DNA of 64,000 bases from Octopus sinensis. Lineage: Eukaryota. Below the pieces are notes generated by a model. That model was given only the letters and a program-made list of their open reading frames with translations. It was not told the origin of the DNA and made no database searches. The stretch is from assembly GCF_006345805.1 (NCBI RefSeq), contig NC_043008.1, positions 42,098,001 to 42,162,000 of the forward strand, written 5' to 3'. Of the stretch, positions 14,560 through 26,990 are shown piece by piece (position 1 is the stretch's first letter; each line of letters begins with the position of its first letter). The position numbers were made by a program, and so were the translations under genes.

Positions 14560-14801
14560 GCCTGTCAGTAAAATATCATTCTGATGAACAGCCACAACGA
14601 AGTAACAGTCAAACCCATCCTAACAGCCCCCATGATAATTATTATGCTGACATCCCGTTCAAAGCCCCGGAGATGACCGAAGAACAACGTCTGATGACGT
14701 ACCTCCTCAAGGGATATGAAAGATCGGTCCGACCAGTTAAGAATGCCTCCAAGGCAGTTGTTGTCAAAATGGGTTTGACATTCACACAGATTTTCGATAT
14801 G
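14560..14801 (+). CDS. Nicotinic acetylcholine receptor (Cys-loop LGIC) subunit, first coding exon found (equivalent to vertebrate exon 2): N-terminal extension, helix alpha1 and beta1
   Basis: Translates as ...GLSVKYHSDEQ...APEMTEEQRLMTYLLKGYERSVRPVKNASKAVVVKMGLTFTQIFDM, the typical nAChR pattern EQRL..L..Y...VRPV.N.S..V.V..GL...QI.DM. Phase-0 donor GTGAGT at 14802. The 5' boundary is uncertain: AG acceptors ending at 14535, 14559 and 14568 are all in the same phase (phase 1). Confidence 0.93.
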
Positions 14802-14917
14802 GTGAGTTCTTCATTTATATCTTTTGGGCTTTTTGTCTCTTTCGTTATTTGATTTTACTCATGTATGTATGTACATATGCATGTACGTATGTATGTATAT
14901 ATAAGTGTGTGTCTGTG

Positions 14918-14948
<31 letters not shown>

Positions 14949-15070
14949 CTTATATAAATATATATAGACACATATATAAATATATATAGATAGATGTGTG
15001 TATATATATATAGACATATATATATATACACATATATATATAAGTATATATATATATATATATATATGTT

Positions 15071-15104
<34 letters not shown>

Positions 15105-15620
15105 ATATATAGACACATACATATATAGATAGGTGTGTGTTTGTGTGTGTGTGTGTGTTGTCACTATCGATGTTTTTCCAAAATCCCCACTGACTTCAAC
15201 ATCACTAAAACATGTTCAGTAGTTGTAAGAACGCAATATATATCTTCACCTTATTTATGTGAATCTTTTTTTACGAGATATTTTTCTTAATGAAAAGAAA
15301 TGTAATTTCTCTACCTGCGTATCTGCTACAAAATTCAGCAGTTGTTTGCTTCTGGATTATGCTTTTTTGGTGTTTTCAATAAAATATTTCGTATGAGACA
15401 AACTTATGTAATTTCAAATTGAATTTGAGAAGGAAAAAGTAAAAGATAAAAAAATGAAAAAATAATTTACGAATAAATCTGTAGTTCTCTTGAGAAAGAA
15501 ATGAGATGCTAACACTTACAATATCTTACGGCGAATACACTAGTCTAATTGGTAACGCATCAGACAACCCATTTTATTGTTCTTCCGTTTTATATTCTTT
15601 AATATTCTGAGTTCAAATAA

Positions 15621-15897
15621 GGCGGCGAGCTGGCAGAATCGTTAACACACTGCACGAAATGCTTAGTGATATTTCGCCCGTCTCTACCTTCTAAGTTCAA
15701 ATTCTACCGAGGTCGACTTTGCCTTTCATCATTTAGGGGTCGATAAATTAAGTACCAGTGAATCACTGGGGTCGATAAATTAAGTACCAGTGAATCACTG
15801 GGGTCGATAAATTAGGTACCACTGAATCACTGAGGTCGATGTAATTGACTAGTCCCCTCCCCTTAAATTTCAGGCCTCGTGCCTATAGTAGAAAGGA
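15621..15897 (+). mobile_element. SINE family B (Nin/Deu-like core gtcgactttgcctttcatc...gtcgataaattaagtaccag) with an internal 32-nt triplication
   Basis: Head ggcggcgagctggcagaatcgtt. Further copies at about 13210-13400 (-), 13480-13670 (-), 17550-17762 (-), 17789-17975 (+), 33240-33410 (+), 44761-44965 (+), 52090-52250 (-) and 52265-52489 (-). Confidence 0.85.
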
Positions 15898-15996
15898 TAC
15901 TGAGTTCAAATCTCGCTTCAATTGACTGGGTCTTTTATCTTTCCTGGGATAATAAAAATAAAATACCAGAGAGGTTTGTGTAATCCTTCTGATTGA

Positions 15997-16140
15997 TTAT
16001 ACACTTGTCGAGCATGTTGCAATATTCCTGTGGTCGAAATTCACAAAATTATCCAGGCAGGAGAGAAGCCACGTCATTGTGATATCGGCGGTGAATGTTT
16101 CACGTTAACTGTAGGCCATTTAGTTTGCCAACATCTAAGT
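15997..16140 (+). pseudogene. Degenerate C2H2 zinc-finger fragment
   Basis: Frame starting 15997 reads LYTCRACCNIPVVEIHKIIQAGEKPRHCDIGGECFTLTVGHLVCQH, resembling [20 protein letters not shown]. No splice sites or continuation were found. Confidence 0.45.
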
Positions 16141-17976
16141 GTTGTCTTCCCCAAATTACTTGATACTGCAGAAATAGTGTCAAATGATTTCAATCCATGA
16201 TATTTTTAGACTCAGCATGCTTTGAGCTATAATAGATATTTCAATGAGTGTGCCTATATATGCTTGAGCTGCCTCAAGTAGCTGTGAAGTCACTTTTAGG
16301 ACGTCGAACAAAATGTTTCATGGTTTTTGTTCCAGCTATCTGAGTTCAAATCCCACCGGCGTTAAATTTGTCTTTCTTCTTTTCTGGTGTGATATAAAAG
16401 AACTAATCTAAGGCGATGGATGAACAGAAATGAATTAAGCCAGCTCCCCAGTTTGGTACTTCCCACATCTCTCTCTCTCCCCCACCCACCCATTAGTTTC
16501 TGAGGTCCTGTTAAAGACTGCTTACACTTCTGACTAAAGGGTAAACAAAAATAGAGTATATTGAATAATATAGTCCAGGTTACACTTGGCCCCACATATT
16601 ATGAGATGGTCACAGCTGCAATGCCATTAGATTCTTTGTGTTCTGACTGAATGTCGATTTGGGAATAAACAACAATAATTAAATATATGTGTTTACTTTA
16701 GAAATCCTTTTCGTATCTTTGATTAATAGATCAAACATTGAATTGGTTTCTCTATGATGAAATCAACAAGAATCAAGAAAGTAGTGTGTTACTGCTACTG
16801 TGGCTACTGCTGCTACAGATATATGATTATTTCTCTTTTAATTAATAACGTATTTAATATTGATCGCCTTCGTCATTTTTAATATTTAACGATGTTTTTC
16901 CTGTATTGAGAAAAACGTCATCGATATAATTTGTGCTGCAAATTGTCTCACTTAAAGATTTGTCTATCAGATTGACGAGGTAATAGCTAATTGCCCATCT
17001 CACTTATGGCTTTCCCAAGCATTTCCTTTCAGTTTAAAAGGATATTATCTAATTTGACAGTATGATTTAGCTGCTATTACTAACAAGTCGAGCTAACTCT
17101 TCACACAAACTTGTTTATATATGCATTCATTCTCTGCTTACTTCTGTACAATCATACCAAAAGCAAGAAATATAAGCGCACAGCAAGAAGAACATAATGT
17201 ACAAGTTAACCCATCCCTTTACCAATTGTAGCCATTTTATATTTTACATATGGCTACAATTTACCAATATTTGGTGTAAAGATAACAAATTCTCTTTTAC
17301 TTTTCCTTGCTTAAAGCCGCGTGATTTCAATAAGATCATTGTAGGTTAATGCACCGTATCATAAACAAGACTCTATAAACTTGTGGTATATCTTGAAAGG
17401 AATCAATATTTTGAGGAACTAAGGCTGTCAGTCAATTCATTTTATGATACTAAACAGAGTTAATTCCATTAACTTACAAATTCCATTTGCCCTCCAACGA
17501 ACAACCTCCCTTCTAAATAACAAAATATCATTAGTTAAAAATTAATACTGGTTTCACATCTTGGCACAAGGCCTGTAATTTCGGGTGAGTGGGTAAGTTA
17601 TTTACATCAACAATCAGTACACAACTGGTACTTATTTTATCGACCAGGAAAGGATGAAAGGGATACTGGACACTGGCTGCATTTGAATTCAGAAATAAAG
17701 TCGGAAGAAATGACGTTGAGCATTTTTTTCCGGAACGGTAATCATCCTGCCTGCTTGCTACCTTTACTTTAATATTAAGCTATATTAAGGCGGTGCGCTA
17801 ACAGAATCGTTATCACACCGGACAAAATGCTTAGCGGCATTTCGTCCGTCCTTATGTTCTGAGCTCAAATGCCGACAAATTCGACATAACCTTTCGTCCT
17901 TTCGAGCTCGATAAAATAAGTATCAGTTAAGTACTGGAGTCGATGAAATCTCCAGCCTTTTGCCAAAATTAGAAAC

Positions 17977-18033
<57 letters not shown>

Positions 18034-18829
18034 ATTTTAATCATTATTATTGGTGATTGTTGCTGCTTTGGTTTATACGAGCAATTCCGCGTCTTTCACA
18101 GAGATCTCAAGAACCAGCAAGTTTCACATTCTAACTGAGCGTATTATCTATAAGTAGCACTTGTATACTTCAAGAAAAGGTTCCAGACACTGAGAATGGA
18201 GTTTGGTTACCTCTCCATAACAGATTATAAAGATTAAGTAATGGGATCGATTTTATCGAGTAAAACCCTTCAAAGCACTGCCCCAGCTTGGCCACAATCC
18301 AATGACCAAAACAAGAAGATAAAAGAAGTGTGTGTGTGTGTGTGTGTGTGTGTGTAAGGAATAATGAATGAACACGCAAGACATGTGGTGTGATTTTGGA
18401 ACGTGTCACTGACAGTTTAAACGTAATTTTCAGAATTGTTAGAGTAAATAATGAGTTAAGAAGTACTGTGTATCGTTTGTATTTGAAATGTGTATTAGTT
18501 TCCATCTGAAGGTAGGTTTACCTGTTTTTTTTATTATTTTCTAATAATTACAAATGAAAATAAACTAAAAGCACGTTTGCACGGTGACCGGTAATAAAGT
18601 CACAAGAAAAAAAGTGTCACGGTAATAAAGTTACTATTTTGGCTAGGAAAAAAGTCACAGGAAAAAAGTCACAATTAATTTATTGGATCCGATCAAAACC
18701 CCACTAGGACAAAACTCCCTTGGACAACCCCGCTCCCGGACAAAACCTCTGTGACATTTTTTCCTGTGACGTTTTACTTTACCCAGATTTGTTTACACAC
18801 TTCATATAAAAACAAAATAAATTTATATA

Positions 18830-19300
18830 TAGGAAGAATTCACCAAAAAAAGACGAAGACAGGTGGTATAGACTACAAATAGATGTATTACTATTACGCT
18901 CGGAAGTAAAAAAGTCGTTAACGTTTCGAGCCTACGCTCTTCCACAGAAAGGGAAACAGAAAGAAACAAGGAGAGAAAATGAAGAATGTGTAGTGCCTAG
19001 CGATCTATCACGGCGAAGGCCGGACAGAAGGGTCACACAGGAGAGCTAAGGAGAAGGGGATATAACACGGTGTGGTGATATCAAAACGAAGGTGCGCGTG
19101 CGTGTGTATAAGAGAGTTTGTATGAGAGTGTGGAAAAGAGCTGGGGATCTTGACGTGTGTGTGTGTGTATGTGTAGGTGTGGAAATGTGGGCCTGGGAAG
19201 TGGCCAAGGCTGATATGTGCGTGCTGATAAAAGAGCAGCGTAGAGTAACTAAAAATCGTTTAACCTTAAGAAGGTTCTAGTTTCAAAAACAATTGAATAA
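18830..19300 (-). mobile_element. Penelope-like terminal-repeat relic; inverted second copy at about 26790-26930
   Basis: About 150 nt of 18830-18990 match the reverse complement of 26790-26930. Both carry a hammerhead-like CUGURGA-A-GAGC(GUAR)GCUC-GAAAC motif. Confidence 0.55.
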
Positions 19301-19737
19301 GCAATTTGGAAAATAAATAAATTAATGATATTTTGCAAATTCTAAAACGCAGACGATCAAAATATGTAATACAAACAGCAGTTGTTCTGTTTTGCTTTTA
19401 AAAAAAAGTAAAAAAGCACAAATGTGATGAAACCTACTTTTGAACGAATTTTGAGTGTTTAAAGGTAGCTGTGTGTTGTTTTCCGTGGAAAGTAGAGCAT
19501 ATTTAAGTTGGAGCAAATCATAGAAGCCCAATAACATGAAAATCAATGACAGACATAAAGATGTGAGAAAAATAATTTGAAACAGAATGGAATAAGATTA
19601 GAAAAATATTGCTGAGTTCAGCTGAAGAAAATAGTTTTCCGAGTAAAAAGTTTCGTGCAAATTGGAAAGAAAACACAATTAGATTTAAGGCATGAAAACA
19701 AAAAGAAAAGAGAGCAATAAGGAAAATTAGATGGAGA

Positions 19738-19787
<50 letters not shown>

Positions 19788-20257
19788 TGAGGGTGAGTGA
19801 GTGAGTGAGTGAATGAGTGAGAAGTTTTGGAGAGCGTAGTACCGAGGGATAGGAAATGAGATGGAGGGAGGGAGAAAGGGGGAAACAAAAAGAGGATGCG
19901 GGAGAGGTGATCGTATGTGAGAGATATAAAGATATTTTGAGAGAGGGAGTGTAAGAAAGAGAGGTATAGCAGGGAGTGGGGTAGAGAGAGTGACATAGTA
20001 AGGGAAGGAAAGTTAGAGGGAAGTTAAGAAGGAGGGGGTGAAAGAGGGATAATGAAAAATAGGAGGGGTAAACAATATGGCGTTTGGATAGTGTTCGGCT
20101 GAGATTTATTCTCTACAATTCTCATTAATTACTCCATCATTCCGCATTCCATATTCCTAAACGTCTTTCCTTCCCAGGAATAAAATAACTGAAAAGAAGA
20201 GGGGCAAAGAGAGAAAGTGATGGAACAGATATAGCCTTTCTGTCTGTCTATCTATCT

Positions 20258-20298
<41 letters not shown>

Positions 20299-20305
20299 AT
20301 ATATA

Positions 20306-20363
<58 letters not shown>

Positions 20364-20429
20364 CTATCTATCTATCTATCTATCTATCAATGTATCTATT
20401 TATCAATCTATCAATCAATCTACCTATCA

Positions 20430-20476
<47 letters not shown>

Positions 20477-20547
20477 AATCTATCAATGTATCTATCTATC
20501 AATCTACCAATCAATATATCTATCTATCAATCTATCTAACTGTCTGC

Positions 20548-20628
<81 letters not shown>

Positions 20629-20909
20629 AATGTATCTGTCTCTCAATCTATCTATCAATCTACCTATCAAGCTATCTATCAATCTATGTATCAATCTGTC
20701 TATATGTCTATCTATCTATCAATCTATCTATCTATCTGTCTGTCTCTCTGTCTGTCTGTCTACTTATCAATCTATCTAGCTTCTTATTCATTCATAATAA
20801 TATATCATCAGTCTGTCTCTCCCTCCGTGTATTTGTTTTGGCAAAAGGCACTCTTAACAAGGTTATCGCTAGCTGAAATATCTCAATGTAACTGTTTTCT
20901 CTTTCTCCC

Positions 20910-20945
<36 letters not shown>

Positions 20946-21569
20946 TTACATATATATATATATATACATACATACATACATGCATACATACATATGTGTT
21001 TGCATGTGTGTATGTGTGTGTATCTTTCATCGTTTTCTCTATATCAGCGTCTCTCTCTCCCTCTCTCTCCTCTCTCCTCTCTCTCTCTCTCTCTCTCTCC
21101 TTCTGTCTTTTTCTCGTTCTCGTGCCACTCAAATATTAAATGAACAGAAACCAAAATCATAACCTTTACAATAGAAAACATAACCCTCACATGTACTTTA
21201 TCAGTACACGGAAATTGATGAGATTGTTTGTTGAAAGACGTCAAATAAAATACCTGTGTGGTAATGGAGTTGACGAGGAACCCGGCTGGATCCCATTTCT
21301 CGGTCCAAATTCTAGCAGAGACTAAAGCCTCCCAATGATTTTTGAGTGGAATCGTGTAGACAAAAGTTGTCTCTATCTCTGTCACACACATCTTTATATG
21401 CAAGTATACGCTTGAGAAGACATACAGAAAAAAACATACGAATCTGCTGGTATACATACACACATACATACCCTGTTGATGTTGTAATTCCAATGAAGGA
21501 GTCGTGGATCTGGGTTAGAAACCGACTCTTTCTATATTGGCAAGAAATAAAACTGAATAATGATATACA

Positions 21570-21813
<244 letters not shown>

Positions 21814-21908
21814 ATATAATATTTTACTATAAAATTGGATTTAATCCTAAATCTGATTTTTTCCCTGTAAATTTGGATTTATTCCCTAATATTTATTATA
21901 TATATATA

Positions 21909-21970
<62 letters not shown>

Positions 21971-23758
21971 ACATATATGTGTGTGTGTATTTGTGTGCAT
22001 GTGTGTGTGAGGGTGTTCAATACAGATGTGCAGATGCAACGCTTAGACACATCGTCAGTGTTGTATTTCTTCCCTCTGAGCGGGGACACTTGCGATCATA
22101 GGGTTGAAGGGTACCCACTCCTCCAGCCACTCTCGGTACACATTTAGAGCCGAATGCATCGATGCAATGTGAAATGAAATGCTTTGCTCAAGAACAGAAA
22201 CAAACTGCCCTGCCTGGGAATCGAAACCACAATTTCAAACCTTTATTTCCTCTTCCCAACCACGAGACCACGCGAATTTCACAATTGTCATTGAGTTGCA
22301 TGTAGCCATTTTCAATTTGTACTTCAATATATTTAATAGTTTTCGAAAAGCAATCAGAGTTAGATTGGCAGACAATAAATTCTGCCCGTTCACTGGACTG
22401 AGAACATATGACATATTCGTATATTCCATTGTTTGCTTGTTTTATAATTTTATTTATATTTATTTTTTGTCATGCTTTACTGTTTGATCGCCATTCTTTC
22501 CAGACATTTTCAAAATCCATCACGATTCATTTTCCACCTGAGTTGAAGATCATTTATGAAGGTTGTCATGCCAATTCATTTGGTTTCATGTCAGGTGAGC
22601 GGTCACTCTGAAACCTGATCCGTTACACATCAACGGTGCATGTGATCAGAAAACATGTTCAATCGATTATTCCACATTTCTTTGAACATTACAATACAAA
22701 TCAAATCGATCCCTGCAACGCAACTGATTATCTATTGGAATAAAGTAGTTAAAGTGTTTAAGGTTTCTAACTTCAAGAGTGACGATTTCAAATCCTTCGA
22801 GTGCCTTATATACCCGGCAATGTTGCAGTTCAGTGCTACAAATATTGACGTATGGCCTTTGGTAAACCCAGAAAGACTAGACATATAATCAAAACCATTC
22901 CAACTGTAACCACAACCAACAGAACCCCATCTCGTAAGGAACATACAGAACTAAATTACTTAATGTTTTTGCTTTATGTAAGCCAGATGGTATAATTCCA
23001 GGGGAAAATTTTCAGGTTGTTATTACCATATGTTGAACTGCGGTGGTCTGTTGGGCACAATATAACCCAGATAACATAGGGTAAGGTTCTAAAGTTTGAT
23101 CGCCACCCTCGAGTGCAGTACCGCTGATTGACCACCATATAACTCACAGATATGCAGACAATTATTACACAATGGATCTGGTCAAATGAGACCGATAGCA
23201 TAAGTACCAGGCTTACAAAAAATAAGTAGGCCTGGGATCGATTTGCTCGACTAAAGGCAGTGCTCCAGCATGGAGACAATTATTATACAATAGATCTGGT
23301 CAAAGGATTTAGAAGTTCACTTCGTAATGAGTAGGTCTCAGTTTCGATACTGTTGACTCCTATAAAGGCCAAGCGAGTGTTCTTTTCATCTTATACCCGC
23401 AGGTCGATCCACGATTTGTGAATGAAAGTATAAGCTGAAATTGAATGGAAGGCCATCTAAAGATCTAATGCCTAGCCATCTCCCATACTGTGTCACGCTG
23501 ATTACGTCTGAAGTTTACACTGAGAGTACACGTGTCCTCGAAATACACGATTACGCGTAAATTCAAGCGCAGATAATTCAGTTGATAGAAAAACTGAATA
23601 ATCACTGTCGAACGTGATGGAGATCCATTTACATATAGGCACAAGCGTGGCTCTGTGGCAAGAAGTTTGCTTCTCAACCACACGGTTCTGGATCCATCCC
23701 CACTGCGTGATACCTTGGACAATAGTCTTCTACTATAGCTTCAGACCGACCAAAGTCT

Positions 23759-23821
23759 TAATAGCTGACGAGATGCCGGGGTAGACTTCCGCCCCGATAT
23801 CCGAAACTCGGAGCTTTATTA
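23759..23821 (+). ncRNA. Hammerhead-like fold with C at position 16.1 (non-canonical)
   Basis: UAAUAG CUGACGA GAUGCCGGGG (10-nt loop) CCCCGAUAUC C GAAA CUCGGAG C U UUAUUA. 6-bp stem I, 9 of 10 stem II pairs, near-palindromic stem III. Confidence 0.6.
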
Positions 23822-24765
23822 TGGCAACCGACTAATTGTCACATATTATACCATAGATAAATTCCTCTATATACATAATATCGAGGTCTCTTTCATTCTT
23901 TTGTTGTCATATTAATAATAATAATAATAATACTATATATATATATATATATATATATACATACATACATACATACATACATACATACATACATACATAC
24001 ATAAATACATACATACATACATATATACATACATACATACATATACGACGAGGCTCTTTCAGTTTGCGTCTACCAAATCCTCACATGGCTTCGGTCGACC
24101 CGTGGCTATAATAGAAGATATTTGCCGCAGGTGCCACGCAGTAAGACTGAACACGGAACTTGTAGTTGGAAAGCAAGCTTCTTACCACACAGCCACGCCT
24201 GCGCCTACATTGACTAAATTTTTAAAATTAATTTATTAATTATTTCATTTTAGTCGTTGGCAGAGCATCCATAATTTAAAAAGTTTCGCTAATCAAATTG
24301 ATTTCATTAAAGAAGGTGAAAGAGTGCTAATTCTTGCGACCTACACAAGAAATCGATTATATAAACATTACTGGTGTGTGGCGGATCGAAATAGTTTTTT
24401 TAAGAGAAAGAAAAACTGATGCGCTGAAATTTTTTTTTTATGGAAAGAACTTTAACTAATATGCTTTCGCCGCAGATGGTTGAATGACGTTTGTCACAAG
24501 TGGAGAGGGTCTCGGATCCCGTGTCTGTCTCTCTGTCTCTACATGTAACTATGTAAGCATGTGTGGCTGGCTGGCTGGCTGGCTGGATGGATGGATGGAT
24601 GGAAGGATGAACGTAAGTGTATGTGTGTCTGTGTGTGTATGAGTTTATCTGTGTTTGTGTGTGTGTGTCCGTGTATGTGTGTGTTTGTCTGTGTGTTCGT
24701 ATATGTGTGTGTGTATCTGTTGTTGTTTGTGATTCTGTCCCTAATGATATAAAGGTAATTAACTC

Positions 24766-24800
<35 letters not shown>

Positions 24801-26009
24801 GATTTATAAATTAAAATATCTGAGTGTGTTTGTGTGAATACGAGTGTGACATCGCATGCACGCATGTTTCAGTGTGTTTGAGTGTCTGTAATGAGACACA
24901 GACATTAACAGACAGAGGGAGGAAGGAAGAAAGGAAGTGGGGAAGAAAGAAAGACAGGAAAAAGAGAGAAAGAGAGAAAGAAAAGTATGTCTTTAAAATA
25001 TCGGTTTTTGAATGTTGGAGTAGGTATGTGTGTGTGTTCGTGTGTGACTGTATATCGGTGCGTGTGTGCGTGTGCATGTGTGTATGTTTGTGTGTTTGTG
25101 TGTGTGTGTTGTTGTTGTGGAACGATGTGTAAAATGTGTAACGATGTAAATATAGGCGAGAGTTATACAGAGAAGGGAAAAAACCCAATAAATTATGTGT
25201 TTGCGTGTGTGTGGGGGGGGGAGAGTGAGAATATATTAGAGAGAGTGGGTAGGTGAGTGAAGGAAAAAGACGGAAAAATTGAGTGGTGGGGTGAGAAGGA
25301 AGAAAGGATAGAGAAACGGAGAGATGAAAGTGAATAAGTCGAATACAATAAGGGAACTGACCAGACTTTTTTAGGGCAGTAACAGGAGGGAGATGCTACA
25401 TCCGTCTTTGTTTTTTTTTATGGCGTCATCCTTATTTTCCTCTTCAAGTTTGATGAGGGATTGGCCAAAACGGAAAGGAAAAAGAAGACTCAGCCAAGCG
25501 CGAAAGAAACATCTATGTTTATCAACAGCAATTACAGAATTAATATGTTACTCTGTAGTCCGAAGCTAAACTTGTGGTTTCGTAATGTTCCACGGTGTTT
25601 CACTCGACTCGTTAAATCACTCGACGCATTCAGACTCGAAGAGCTTGAAAGATCTTCATCTGAGTCAGAAACGGGGTTTGTTATGTTTTTTGTTTTTTGT
25701 TTTTTTTTTGCAGGGAAACAAGAGAACGGACTAAGTACCCAATCAGTGTACGTGGGCAGCGAGGGGATGGGGTTGTATCGGGAAGTCAATACATAGGATA
25801 TACTTGCTTTCAATGTCTGTTGCTCTTTTCACACACGCACGCACACACGCACACACGCACAATTATATATATATGTATATATACACATGTATTTGTGTGT
25901 ATGTTTGCCCCCCCCCCTCAGTTGACAACCGATGTTGGTGTGTTTATGCCCCCATAACCTGGCGGTGCTCCAGCTTGGCCGTAATCATATGACTGAAACA
26001 AGTAAACGA

Positions 26010-26715
26010 CTATAATAGCAATTCATTGCATAATGTTCATTTGAAGAAGTTATTGTACATTGTTAATATTTCATGTGACTTCCCTTAGTTTGAATAATTG
26101 CTTCAATGTTCCTGGGAAGAGATGCAGACAAATCTTTCTCTATCTTCACAGGTATGAGATGCCATTCTCTGTGGCTGAGCTCCCACAACACTTCAAGATT
26201 GCGTGGAATTTTGACGAATTCTTCTCATTAGTTCTGTCCACATATGCTCGAGGATAATCAAGGCTCTCAGCTGGCCAATCTTTCCACACGGTAACTTTCA
26301 TCAGTCAGAATTTGTCGTATCACACGCGATCTATGGCATGGAGGTCCGTCATGCTGAAAAATCTCTCCTTCATCCAATTGTACTTCGGTAACAAGATGCA
26401 TTTGGTACTATCCAAGTTACCGTCAATCTTAACCAACTTTCTTGAACCATCATACTTTCTATATCTCCCCAACACATCAGAATCTTATCCCCAAACTTCA
26501 CTGATTTCGTGGTCGAACGTGGGTCGTTTCGCTTTTCTGGAGACCTTCTGACAAATTCTCGCTTATTAGGCATATAATGATTTGGTATTGAAATGGCTCC
26601 AACAGGGCTAATATTTCATCTGTAAAAAATATAATGCGAAACATACGCTTACAAGTTGTCAATTAGTAGAAATGTACAATAGTTTAAAGAGGCCGAATAC
26701 TTTTGCGCGGTACTG
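26010..26715 (-). mobile_element. Internally deleted Tc1-type transposon relic (catalytic region plus one TIR)
   Basis: Minus-strand peptides KREFVRRSPE..TTKSVKFG..ILMCWG, IFQHDGPPCHRS, DWPAES and SLPRNIEAIIQTKGSHMKY* (stop at 26063-26065). TIR-like TA-cagtaccgcgcaaaagtattcggcc ends at 26715. Confidence 0.9.
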
Positions 26716-26943
26716 TATATACATATCCATAAGCACACACACGCACACATGAAAGTACTACTTTCATATAAATATATATAACATCTATTTGTTTTTTCTG
26801 TGTCCCTCTCTGTAGAAGAGCGTAAGCTCGAAACATTAAAGAGTATTTCAATTCCTGAGCGTTATACTAATACATCTGTTTGTTTTGTACGCCACCTGTC
26901 TTCGTCTTTTGTTGTTTTTTTTCGTGAACTCTCCTCCTATATA

Positions 26944-26990
<47 letters not shown>

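Noticed and set aside
14691-14732. Hammerhead-like CUGAUGA...GAAA inside the receptor exon
   Set aside because: Stem II closing pair, stem III and stem I do not form; coincidental coding sequence (LMTYLLKGYER).
14361-14852. Stand-alone 163-aa protein as given in the ORF track
   Set aside because: A strong donor at 14802 and in-frame downstream exons show it is an exon read through into the intron; the T-rich 5' part looks like a polypyrimidine tract.
15736-15840. CRISPR-like direct repeats
   Set aside because: Units are contiguous with no spacers, inside a eukaryotic SINE.
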